From: a virus
Lineage: Duplodnaviria; Caudoviricetes
Direction: 5' to 3' (one strand)
Length of the DNA: 25,152 nt
Virus record (IMG/VR): IMGVR_UViG_3300020205_000903
Coordinates: 1 to 25,152 of that record
How positions within the stretch are numbered: the stretch's first letter is position 1; each line of letters begins with the position of its first letter. Below the pieces are notes generated by a model. That model saw only the letters and a program-made list of their open reading frames with translations, was not told where the DNA came from and did not search any database. The position numbers and the translations under genes are program-made. Positions 1 to 9,400 of the stretch are shown one piece after another.

Positions 1-79
1 TCTGATCTGCACCCACTATCAGAGAATCTGCTGCGATCAATCCCCAGCCTTTACCTTGGATTCCGATAATGGTTGTCAT
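1..79 (-). CDS. N-terminal fragment of a proteasome beta-subunit/HslV-like Ntn hydrolase (runs off the window edge)
   Basis: Manual translation from ATG at 79: MTTIIGIQGKGWGLIAADSLIVGADQ. This fits the Thr1 'TTIxG...AAD' signature. AAGGA SD-like sequence upstream; starts 2 nt after the stop of 82..354. Not in the ORF track. Confidence 0.7.
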   Translation of the reverse strand, partial: MTTIIGIQGKGWGLIAADSLIVGADQ

Positions 80-81
80 GC

Positions 82-354
82 TCAGTCCTTAAACGAGTTG
101 GTGGTCGAGTCGAATGCCTTACCGGCTATGTTGCTTACTTCGACTGCCCCACGAATATCCTTCATGTTTGTTGTCGCTGGTTCGATACCTTGACTGATTG
201 CAGACTGGTATGCATTTAACTCTGCATCCCACTTCTTCTGAGGCATCATCTTGGAACTGTTAGCATCACCTGTATTAACTTGTAGACCTGATTGCTTCAG
301 GCACTCGCCCCAGTTTTCATGATCCTGAGTAGGACATCCAGTTCTACATCCCAT
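82..354 (-). CDS. Hypothetical protein, 90 aa, with N-terminal CxxxC/HxxxxxC possible metal-binding motif
   Basis: ORF track; TAATG coupling with 354..665; operon position. Confidence 0.75.
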   Translation of the reverse strand: MGCRTGCPTQDHENWGECLKQSGLQVNTGDANSSKMMPQKKWDAELNAYQSAISQGIEPATTNMKDIRGAVEVSNIAGKAFDSTTNSFKD

Positions 355-665
355 TAAACTATCTCCACTAAAAATCCGTTATGGGCTATGTTCGAATCAG
401 AGTCGGCTTGAGCCTGAGTTCTGATTGCGAAGCCTTGTGCTACAAGAATATCCTTTGTGGCTTCGTTCACTATGTGACCTCGCCCACCAAGGAATACATA
501 ATCGTAATCTCTTAATTCATCTTCTGTGACTGCTCGAGCCAAAGACAATTCACCATCGTTGATAAGCACGGCTACCCCTCGTTGGGATACAACTCTACGC
601 CACCACTTGTCAGCCAATGGATAACCTTCCATCACCTGCGGTGGGTAAAATGTGTATGTTGCCAT
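354..665 (-). CDS. Hypothetical virion-module protein, 103 aa
   Basis: ORF track; AAGGAG SD upstream of the ATG; directly follows the capsid gene. Confidence 0.8.
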   Translation of the reverse strand: MATYTFYPPQVMEGYPLADKWWRRVVSQRGVAVLINDGELSLARAVTEDELRDYDYVFLGGRGHIVNEATKDILVAQGFAIRTQAQADSDSNIAHNGFLVEIV

Positions 666-684
666 GATTCTCCTTGTTAATAGA

Positions 685-712
685 GAGGGAGGCAGGTTGC
701 CCTGCCCCCCTC
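685..712 (-). terminator. Stem-loop downstream of the capsid gene (probable leaky intrinsic terminator)
   Basis: Minus strand GAGGGGGGCAGG-GCAA-CCTGCCTCCCTC: 12-bp stem with one G.U pair and a GNRA loop, then a weak U-tract (TCTATT). Confidence 0.7.
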
Positions 713-725
713 AACTAATGACCTA

Positions 726-1649
726 CTAGAGGCTAGATCCGCCTGATTCCAAACGAACAACTGCTTCATCTCGGAAGATGCCCCAGCCGCCGAAGTACTT
801 CCAGCCAAGTGCTGACTTACGGCGAAGGATGTCGATCTGAGGTGCTACGACTGTTTGCACATCGTAAACATTAGCCTCAAGAAGAGCTTCCTTGCCAACT
901 GCAACTGCTGAATAAACAGTAGCTGAAGATGCACCTGAAGTGGTTGATGGAACACGAGAAGTCTGAACAACTTGGAAGCCTTCAAGAACACCAATGGTGC
1001 CTGTCAATAGGTTTCCTACATTGTCAGTTGTGTACTTGTGGATGTCCACAAATCCGCCTGCACCAGTCTCGGCACGAAGGTCGAAAGCTTGGCGTGGGTG
1101 GATGAACAATGTGTAAAGGTCACCAACACGAGGTTGAGCGTTTGACTCAAGAAGTGTTGTCTGTGCCTTACGAAGCATTGTTGTTGATAGAACATCTGTA
1201 GCTGTAAGAGTAGCTGTAGATGTACGGCTTCCACCGTACTTAACTACTGATCCAGATGTTAGTGCTGTTGCAACTAACTTATCCAATGTATCTGCTGCGT
1301 TGAAAGCAAGTGCATCACCGATCATAGTGTCGATAGAAGAGAATGAAGCCATATTGACCTTCTCTGTCTGCTCAACAGCATTACCGTATTCAGTAACAGT
1401 TACTGAAATCTGTGATGGGTTTGCTAGTGCAAGAGGTGTTACATCGGTTGTTTCTGTTAAAGCTGTGGTTGCTGCTGCTAGGTTTGCATAAACTGCAAAC
1501 TTAAGAGAAGTTCCCGGGTTGGTGAGTGCTACTGGTCGTAGGTCTGCGACTGAACGCATGACAGGAAGTGAGCGGAGTGCAGCTCTTACATATGTGTCAT
1601 ATGCATTGACTACGAGGTTTGCTACACCAGAGATTTGAGTGGTTGCCAT
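726..1649 (-). CDS. Major capsid protein (N4-gp56-like family, HK97 fold)
   Basis: 307 aa; motifs TEYGNAV, IHPRQAFDL and C-terminal GWKYFGGWGIFRDEAVVRLE; follows an acidic scaffold-like gene and precedes a terminator. Confidence 0.85.
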   Translation of the reverse strand: MATTQISGVANLVVNAYDTYVRAALRSLPVMRSVADLRPVALTNPGTSLKFAVYANLAAATTALTETTDVTPLALANPSQISVTVTEYGNAVEQTEKVNMASFSSIDTMIGDALAFNAADTLDKLVATALTSGSVVKYGGSRTSTATLTATDVLSTTMLRKAQTTLLESNAQPRVGDLYTLFIHPRQAFDLRAETGAGGFVDIHKYTTDNVGNLLTGTIGVLEGFQVVQTSRVPSTTSGASSATVYSAVAVGKEALLEANVYDVQTVVAPQIDILRRKSALGWKYFGGWGIFRDEAVVRLESGGSSL

Positions 1650-1670
1650 TTACGGCACCGCCTTTCTGGG

Positions 1671-2144
1671 TTAGTACCCAGCCTTACCAAGATCTGCAAA
1701 TAATTGCTTTAATGCATCAGGCCCCTTTGCGGAAGCCTCATCCATCTGGGCTTGAATCATCTGTTCACGATCAGCACTAATGCCGCTGTCTACAGTTGAT
1801 TGAGCCTTTTTGTAACTGTCTACAAAACCTTCTGGTATTGCTGAGTTTGTTTGGTTGGTTTGTGACACACCGAATACATCTCCGTATTCTGTGAGCCATG
1901 ACGACAACGAATCCTCCGTGAGGTCGATGTCCTGCGGAATGAAAGCCGAAATCTTCGGATTCACTCCTCGAGCTGTAAGGACTTCTGAGATAGTTCTCTC
2001 TCGTTTTTCTTTACGCAAATTTGAAAGCTCTTCCTGAATTTCCTTCAGTTGCTTCTCTTTTGCCTTATTGGCCTTGCGTAGTTGTCCGAGAACATCATTC
2101 GAATCAAGTTCGAATTCATCCTCTTCCAGTTCGTAATTGGACAT
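1671..2144 (-). CDS. Capsid scaffolding protein
   Basis: Acidic N-terminus, coiled coil (LRKANKAKEKQLKEIQEELSNLRKEKR), immediately upstream of the capsid gene; GGGAG SD. Confidence 0.7.
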   Translation of the reverse strand: MSNYELEEDEFELDSNDVLGQLRKANKAKEKQLKEIQEELSNLRKEKRERTISEVLTARGVNPKISAFIPQDIDLTEDSLSSWLTEYGDVFGVSQTNQTNSAIPEGFVDSYKKAQSTVDSGISADREQMIQAQMDEASAKGPDALKQLFADLGKAGY

Positions 2145-2149
2145 TTGTC

Positions 2150-2299
2150 CTACTCCCTTTTCATGTTAGTCGCTGGCCGCAATGCAATCGGGGAAATGCA
2201 TTGGCTCCAACTTCCGGGTTTATACTCATCTCAAGTTCCGGCATTTCTAGAGATGGAGTGGGTGTCCGGGTCTCGAACCCGGATGATTGCCAATCACCC
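2150..2299 (-). ncRNA. Structured RNA leader with a tRNA-like (T-arm plus acceptor-like stem) element upstream of scaffold/capsid
   Basis: GGGTG...TCCGGG-TTCGAGA-CCCGGA-CACCC (2260-2299) followed by two more hairpins (2224-2259 and 2172-2211) that fill the intergenic gap. Confidence 0.6.
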
Positions 2300-2305
2300 T
2301 GTTAC

Positions 2306-3880
2306 TTAAACTGTTTTAGTTCTTAGTGCCTTAGATCCAAGACCGCTTGTGCCACCGAATGCTGCTGCACCTGTTGCCTTGATTCGTGCTGCTTGTGCTT
2401 GTGCTTGGACATCTCCACCGAACTCGGCAGCGATTGCTTCCTTGGCTCCGAAGTTCTCACCATAGATAGCAGCAAGGTTTCCGGTTGTCTGAAGTTCTTG
2501 CTGAACCTGTGAATACTTCTGGCGTTGTGATCCATAGCCAAGAGATCCTGCACCGTAGGCCTGAGCCATCTGTGCTTGCTCTGCTGTTAGACCTTCGATA
2601 AGAGCTGCTGCTGTATTCATGTTCTTACCAGCAATCTGCTCAAGGATTCCCTGACCCTTTGTTGGGTCAATCATGTATGCAGTAAGGGCTTCGTCACCGA
2701 TACCGTATAGATCCTTAAGTTGCTTACGAACATTGGAATCTGTGCCTGTAGTGACAAAGTCACGATACGCCTGAATGATGTTTGCAACATCGACATTGGT
2801 GAGGTTGTTCTTTAGGAATGATTGGAAGTCTGTAGTTTGATCGTAGAAACCTGTTGGCATATTGTATGAAGTCAATACCTTCTGGTATTCATCTTCCATT
2901 CCAACGATTGTTTTCTCATCCAACGCCTTGTATCCGGCATTAAGACGAGCTTCATTGACCTTGCCAAAGCGTTCGTAGTAAGACTTAGTGTTAATCAACT
3001 GAAGGTAGAAACCTTCTGAAGTTGTAGGGATCTCATCAAATACTTTGCCAAATCGATCTACGCCTTTGCCAGCAAAGATTGCTGCAATGTCGTCACCAAC
3101 ATCCTTAATACCCATTGAAGTAAACTTCTCACGGATAACATCAAATGCTGACTTACGCTGGGCTGCAACCTGTTCTGCTTTAGCAGTCTCAAGTTGCTTC
3201 TTTTGTGCATCAAGCATCTTTTGAAATTCTGCATTTTGTGCAGCAATAGCCTTTTGAATAGCAGCATTGACATCTTCAGGTGTCATACCTGCTGCTTGTT
3301 CTGGAGCAGGAACTGTGTCCTTAGTTCCATCATCATATTCAGTAATCTGAACACGAGCTGCACCAGATCCTGAATAATACTGACGAACTATCTTTTTGCC
3401 AGTTTGGGTCTTTGTTCCAATAACCTTTGTAGTTCCATCGCTATATGTAACAGTAAAGGTTCCATCACCATTATCTACTCGAGAAACCTCAGTCACTCCA
3501 GCAGGTGGATTGTCTCCACTACCGTCTACAGGTTTTGCATTAGGATCATTAACGATTTTTCCGGTTGGATCTAATGTTGTTCCAGAAGCCGCAAGGATTC
3601 CTTGGAGTGTGGTTGTATCAACTCCACTTGTTGGGCCAATAGGAACAGCACCTGTTCCTAAACCTGCATTGGCACCGGATACGGTTGGGCCATAAGGATT
3701 GGTTGATGTCTTCGGTTCTGTAATAAGAACTTTTGTTCCGCTATAAAGAACTGTTTGTCCTGCATCTGCACGAGCTTTAAGAACCGGGTTGTCAGCAAGA
3801 ATCTGTGCAACAGTAGTGCCTTGGGCTTTTGCAATACCTGATAAGGTATCGCCCTTTTTAACTGGTACTTTTTCTGCCAT
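2306..3880 (-). CDS. LysM-domain putative internal virion/ejection protein, 524 aa
   Basis: N-terminal VKKGDTLSGIAKAQGTTVAQILADNP is a LysM motif; low-complexity linker; helical Ala/Gln-rich C-terminus; TAATG coupling. Confidence 0.75.
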   Translation of the reverse strand: MAEKVPVKKGDTLSGIAKAQGTTVAQILADNPVLKARADAGQTVLYSGTKVLITEPKTSTNPYGPTVSGANAGLGTGAVPIGPTSGVDTTTLQGILAASGTTLDPTGKIVNDPNAKPVDGSGDNPPAGVTEVSRVDNGDGTFTVTYSDGTTKVIGTKTQTGKKIVRQYYSGSGAARVQITEYDDGTKDTVPAPEQAAGMTPEDVNAAIQKAIAAQNAEFQKMLDAQKKQLETAKAEQVAAQRKSAFDVIREKFTSMGIKDVGDDIAAIFAGKGVDRFGKVFDEIPTTSEGFYLQLINTKSYYERFGKVNEARLNAGYKALDEKTIVGMEDEYQKVLTSYNMPTGFYDQTTDFQSFLKNNLTNVDVANIIQAYRDFVTTGTDSNVRKQLKDLYGIGDEALTAYMIDPTKGQGILEQIAGKNMNTAAALIEGLTAEQAQMAQAYGAGSLGYGSQRQKYSQVQQELQTTGNLAAIYGENFGAKEAIAAEFGGDVQAQAQAARIKATGAAAFGGTSGLGSKALRTKTV

Positions 3881-5697
3881 TATGGAATCACTCCGAATCT
3901 CGAGCCGACATCAAGTAAGATGCTGTCAGCCTTAGCTCTTGCGTTGGCTGTGTATTGCCAACGGCTGTCTTTGTATAGGTCTTGCTCGAACTGCCACAAT
4001 GGAGTAACTGTTGACGATGTCTTGTCTCCGACAGTTGTTGTTGAACCAATCATTGCTTTACGAACCGTTGCATCCTCTAGATCTAGTGAACCTTCTGGCA
4101 CCTCAAGGATACGAGAGATTGCACCGATGTAAGGGCTTGCAATAGATAGTGGGGATTCTCCATTGAGGATACGATCACGGAATGCTGGGAAGAGTTTGAC
4201 TGCTTCCTGACGAAGGTTCTCATCGATCTGTTCGTTAGATGTATCACCAAGGAAAACATTCTTAGCAAGGTTATCTGCTGCTGAGGCAGTAAGGGCTAAC
4301 CCAAACTGACGATACTTAGTAGTAACCATAATCTTGTTAGCGTTAATCTGTTGCTGGACTTTAGGCTGAGATAGATACTGGTCAGTCCGGCGAAGTTTCT
4401 TCTCGAAGTCGCTGATGTTAGATGAACTAATAAGAAGTGTCTGGAATTGCTTATCATCTATCTTGAATGCAGATGATGCTATTTCTAGGTTCTTACGATA
4501 GATCTCAATGTAGTCAGCCGCTGCCTGAGCAAAGGTATTTCCTGCACGGATAGAGTTAGCCACATCTGGCTTGACTGTATCCAACTGGAACTGAGCAATA
4601 GTCTTTAGACCAATGTCATACTTGATTTCATCCATGCTCTTGACTTTGGCAAGGTATTGATCTCTATAAGTATCTTTAGTTGCCTGATCTAACTTGAGAC
4701 CATTGGCTAATTCTGCTGCACCAATAAGTGCATAAGTTCTTTGATTGACATCTTTAGCCCAAGCAGTTCCTGAAAGGTATGCTTCAACATTGGCAGCAGA
4801 TTCGCCAACTCTTGCCATGCTTTCGAGCTTCTTATAGATGTCTGGGTAGTTGGCCTTGAAGTAATCAATAAGATACTTGCTGCCATACTCACCAAGCTTT
4901 GATTGTTGTTCCGGTGTCAAAGCATTTGGATCTACAAGGATTCCACCTTGGTAAGTTTTACCATTAGCAGTTCCTGTATAAGGCTTGCCATTCTTTAGAT
5001 AAGGTTTTTCTGTAGTTCCAGTTCCGGTGAATTTATCTCCACCACCTGTTCCACCTGTATTGCCTCCGGTATTACCTCCGGTGTTGCCACCTGTATTACC
5101 ACCCTTGTTACCACCCTTGTTACCACCTGCTTGATCTGCAACAGTTTCACTACCAACTACACTAGCTTGCGATGCTGAACCTTTTGCTGTGTATGGTTCT
5201 GGATCAATGTTATTTGGAATTCCATCGCCATCAGAATCCACTACAGTTCCAGTAGCCGTTCCACCTGCTTCTGGTGATGGAGTTGTTCCAACTGTTACTT
5301 TGCCAGTCTTTGTATCCAACTTAGCAGTATTCTTTGTAAGACCAGTTACTTCTTTAAGAAGTGTATTCTGTTGTTCTACTGCTTGGTTGTAAAGTTTTTC
5401 TAAACGCTTAAGTTCTTTTTCGTCACCAAAAGTTGCTGTATTTGATGCAATGTTTCTAACGATACGGTTAATACCAAACAATGAATCAGCAATAGATTGC
5501 TCAAGTGATTGAATGCGATCATTCTTTTGGCTAACTACAAACTTGACTGCTTGCTCGTATTGAGTTGCTGCCTTTCGGGCGGCATTGGCCTTAGCAGCAG
5601 CTTCTGATTCTGCTTTAGACTTAGCGGCTCGTGCCTTCTCCGCTTGGAGAAGTGCATCAATATCAATAGTGCCTTTAGGCTTTACTTGCTCTGCCAT
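3880..5697 (-). CDS. Putative internal virion protein, 605 aa, with GGN(K/T) repeats and a DxDxDG Ca-binding-like motif
   Basis: ORF track; coiled-coil N-terminus; DSDGDGIPNNIDPEP; TAATG coupling at both ends. Confidence 0.7.
   Translation of the reverse strand: MAEQVKPKGTIDIDALLQAEKARAAKSKAESEAAAKANAARKAATQYEQAVKFVVSQKNDRIQSLEQSIADSLFGINRIVRNIASNTATFGDEKELKRLEKLYNQAVEQQNTLLKEVTGLTKNTAKLDTKTGKVTVGTTPSPEAGGTATGTVVDSDGDGIPNNIDPEPYTAKGSASQASVVGSETVADQAGGNKGGNKGGNTGGNTGGNTGGNTGGTGGGDKFTGTGTTEKPYLKNGKPYTGTANGKTYQGGILVDPNALTPEQQSKLGEYGSKYLIDYFKANYPDIYKKLESMARVGESAANVEAYLSGTAWAKDVNQRTYALIGAAELANGLKLDQATKDTYRDQYLAKVKSMDEIKYDIGLKTIAQFQLDTVKPDVANSIRAGNTFAQAAADYIEIYRKNLEIASSAFKIDDKQFQTLLISSSNISDFEKKLRRTDQYLSQPKVQQQINANKIMVTTKYRQFGLALTASAADNLAKNVFLGDTSNEQIDENLRQEAVKLFPAFRDRILNGESPLSIASPYIGAISRILEVPEGSLDLEDATVRKAMIGSTTTVGDKTSSTVTPLWQFEQDLYKDSRWQYTANARAKADSILLDVGSRFGVIP
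5051..5127. repeat. In-frame 12-nt tandem repeat (~6 copies) encoding GGNK/GGNT
   Basis: ccacctgtattg cctccggtatta cctccggtgttg ccacctgtatta ccacccttgtta ccacccttgtta ccacc. Confidence 0.85.
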
Positions 5698-6488
5698 TAT
5701 CGGACACCTGCAATCTTCGCTATAACATCGCCGTATGAATTAAGAGTCTTATTAACTGCTTCTGTCTCAAGCTCTGGGTTAGCCATAATTGCTTGTTCAA
5801 CAACTTGACCTTTGCCTGCCATTGATAGGCCTCCAGTTGTTGTAGTTGAGTATTGACCCGGTGCTGTCTGTGTCTGTGTTGTGATTGAAGGGTTTGCCTT
5901 CTCAGCAGATGTGAGAGTTTGAAGCAACTGATTATATTCAGCATCACGAGGATCACGACCAAGTTTTGCACGAAGTGCATTCTGCACGATTGCTTGTGCT
6001 TCTTCCTTAGTTGAGATACTTGAGACTCTCTGTGTGGTTGTTCTTGGTTCTCCACCACCAGATCCAATGGCTGCTAATTTCTCTTGCCATGTTCGGCCAC
6101 CATCAGCATTGGCTTCACCCAATAGTTTCTTAAATGCATCTGTGTCAGCCTTGCCCCAATAGGCGGTCTGGAAATCAGACTTAGCAAGTTGGCCACCTTG
6201 AATCAAAAGAGCTTTAACTTGGTTCTGATCTGATAAAGATTTAATCTGTTCTCCAAGAATCTGGTAAACCTGAAGGTCTGAAACTTGATATAGGGCAGAA
6301 TAAATTTTGCCAGTTACATCTGTTTTCTTACCAGTCTTTGGATCTGTAAAGACAACACCCGGGCGGAATACGCCAGTTCCCTGTGCAGGGTATGAGTTGC
6401 CACCACCTACAGATGGGGCAGCATAAGGATTAGTTCCTGATGTTTTCTCTAAGGAATCATCAATTCCATTTTTGTTTAGATCAACCAT
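5697..6488 (-). CDS. Putative internal virion protein, 263 aa
   Basis: ORF track; TAATG coupling; Thr/Gly-rich segments; begins with DLNKNGIDD. Confidence 0.7.
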   Translation of the reverse strand: MVDLNKNGIDDSLEKTSGTNPYAAPSVGGGNSYPAQGTGVFRPGVVFTDPKTGKKTDVTGKIYSALYQVSDLQVYQILGEQIKSLSDQNQVKALLIQGGQLAKSDFQTAYWGKADTDAFKKLLGEANADGGRTWQEKLAAIGSGGGEPRTTTQRVSSISTKEEAQAIVQNALRAKLGRDPRDAEYNQLLQTLTSAEKANPSITTQTQTAPGQYSTTTTGGLSMAGKGQVVEQAIMANPELETEAVNKTLNSYGDVIAKIAGVR

Positions 6489-9400
6489 TAGTTATTTCCT
6501 GTCTCTGTTGCAAATACACGCCAGTACATTACAGAGAAATCTGGGTGTTCGGAGATTATCTGGTAAGCAGTTTGGTCTAGCCATTGTGCTACATTTTCTA
6601 CAGCTTTACCTGTAAGTGTCTTGTATCCTGCTTCTGCCACAGAATTCAATGCTGACTCACGAGCCTGTAAGAACTTAGCCAAGCCTTTACCTGATTCAGT
6701 TTCAGCAAACTTAGGGTTGCTAAGAGCCTGAGTTACCTCCTTGACAAGTGTCTCACGAGGAACACCTGCTGCACGGAAGTCTGGCTGTCCACCGAAGTCA
6801 TCATCCATTGCTGCCTTACGAGTCATGTAGACCTGATGGGCTTGCTTTGGATCTGCACCTTGCTGGACAGCGATGGCTTCATCGCTTTGTAACTTAGCCT
6901 TACGAGCCGTGTATACATAACGAGCCGCTTCCATCTGCATTTCGGCAGGTGATAACTTAAATCGTTGTCCACGCTGTTCTTGCCATTTAGCAAACTCTTG
7001 TGAGTATTGTCCACCGGGGAAGAAGAGGGCAAACGCATTCGAATACGCATTGGCATCCTTGCGGTTGTTCTGGTAGAAATTCCAAGCTTCATCAGTAGGT
7101 GTAATACCACCACGAGATCCAGATACCAAAGCAAAGAGTGCCGACTCACCATACTTGTCAGCCCACTTGGCTACAGCAATTTCGTAACTGTCTGGGTTGT
7201 TTGCACGGATCTGTAAGAAGTCATTGAACATAAGAGCCTGAACATGAAGTTCACCCTCTTTATCTTTAGCAAGAATCTGAGGTGCAATAGATCCGGGAGC
7301 CACATTCTGTGTGATACCACGCCATAAGGCGAGGACTCGGTTGACTCTACCTGCATCTTCAAGAAGCTTTGCTTGTGCTTCTCCACCAAGTGGGAAGTCT
7401 CCATAGTTGCCAGTTGATGCAAGGTATGTCATCAATGGGCGAAGAGTAGAAACACTCTTCTCCTCAAAGGAGTTGATACCTAAACCGTAAAGAACTCTCT
7501 GGGCCCAAGCAGGTGTAAATGACTCGACAATTCCAGTTTTACCTGAAGGGGCTCCGAATGGATAGATCACATCTCTAAGTTGATCTGCTGCCCATCCTTC
7601 TTGACTTTGAATTAGTCGACCTAATGAGAGCTGAATAGCAGGGCCTACACCCGGTAGCAATTCATTGCTGAATGCAAGGTTCAAAGATGGAATCGAAAGT
7701 GATGTTGGCATCGATGGAACTGCTTCACCGGTTGCTGTTGAAAGCATCCAGCCAAGTGCATTACCGGCTAGAGGAATAACCATACGAGGATCGCCATAGG
7801 TTGGATCCTTGTAGATAAATCCTTGGCTTGGATCATTCCAGTTCTGACCAGTCCATTCGTAAATGACACCAGTCTCTGGATGAGTCAAGAATTCAAAAGC
7901 GTTAGCAGCCTTGTAAGTACGAGCCTTGCCTTGTAGGCGGAAAGTGTTGGCTACATCTGTGCCAATCAACTTACTCCATGTAGCAATGGTGTTACCCCAC
8001 GCTGCTGCGAAGGGAGCCACTAGACGAGCTGCAACTGCATACTGCTTCTGTCGCATTGCATCGTAATAAAGTTTTTGTAGTTTGTTAGCAGCAAAGTTAT
8101 TTGCGATTGTATGCATATCATCGGCAGCAAGTCCTCGATCATCGAGTGTCTTGATTGCTTCACGCATACGAACTAATGCTGGGTTTTCAAACCCTGCCTT
8201 AAGTCCAAAGACTTTGATACCACGAAGTTCCTTCTCTGCGATAGCAAGGATCTTAGTAGCCTCATCCTTAGTCATAAGGTTTAGGTTCTCTGCAACACCA
8301 TTCCAGTATTGCTGCTTAAACTCTGGGCCAAGTGCTGCTCGCTTTTCAATCGATGCAGAGACTTGGAAGAACTTAGATGCTGCACGATCCCATTGACCCT
8401 TGAAGGATGCAACGGCACGAACATCATCTGTTGGAAGCTTAAGTTGACCGATAGCCTTTGAGATGTCTGTTGAATCAACATATCCCTTTAGGATATTGGC
8501 AAGCCATACATCCTTTGATTGAGTTCCCTTTGGATTGAATCCTGGGGTTCTCTTGCCATCGACTGCAACCATTGCTTTACCAGCAATAAAATCACGAAGT
8601 TCTTGACGGCCACCAGATAGGTTATCGACACCTTCTGTAACTACCTTGAAGTAATTCTCCATAGCCTGACGAGCAATAGCCTCATCAGCATCAAGCATCA
8701 ATGCACGATTGAGTTCATCAACCTTGGCAATCTGTGTACGAAGCAAGACTCCCTGTTGTGTCTCAAACATAAAGTCAACAATGAACTTCTCGTAATCACG
8801 AGATAAATCCATGCCCTGTGCTTGCTTCTTAGCAATGAAAGCTTCTGCCTCTTTGAACCAAGGAGTAATCTTTCCGTTAGCACCCTTGATGCCACCATCA
8901 AGACCACCAGCTACAAGTCGAGCCATCGCTGATTCACGGAACTGAAGGATTGCTCCAGCCCATGCACGATTGAATCCTCGTTCTGCTGGTGTAATAAAAC
9001 GCATACCGGTAGGCAAGATCTGTGAAAGACCACGAGTGCCTTGACCCATACCAACACCGATTGAACGAGACATCATTACGGCAAACTTATCTGCATCGGC
9101 AAGTGCTGCTGACTTAAAGCCGATTGCATCCATCTCTTCAACTGCTTTGTTGAAGTTTGTGCCAAAGACTGTGTTATCAAAGCGAGACCAACGAGTAGCA
9201 AACTTAGCAATGGCATTACCCTCTGGGTTAGCCATCATCATTGCAGCAAACTGCAATGGGTGATTGAACAAGGTTGTAGATCCACCAAGGAATGAACGAA
9301 CCTGCATATCACCGACATTTCGTAGGATGTATGAAACACGACCTACGAGAACTGTCTGCTTAAAGAATGAATCGAATAGATCAGTAGTTACTGTTCTGAG

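Noticed and set aside
2254-2299. Calling the T-loop element a tRNA gene
   Set aside because: It has no anticodon arm, is only ~41 nt long, has a short acceptor stem and no CCA directly after the discriminator. Kept only as a tRNA-like element.
6401-6413. CACCACCTACAGA, a 13-nt match to leader cassette 2
   Set aside because: It lies antisense within a coding region (Ser-Val-Gly-Gly codons) with no hairpin, SD or start nearby. Probably chance, as are CTGTAGG at 20803 and CCGTAGG near 21420.
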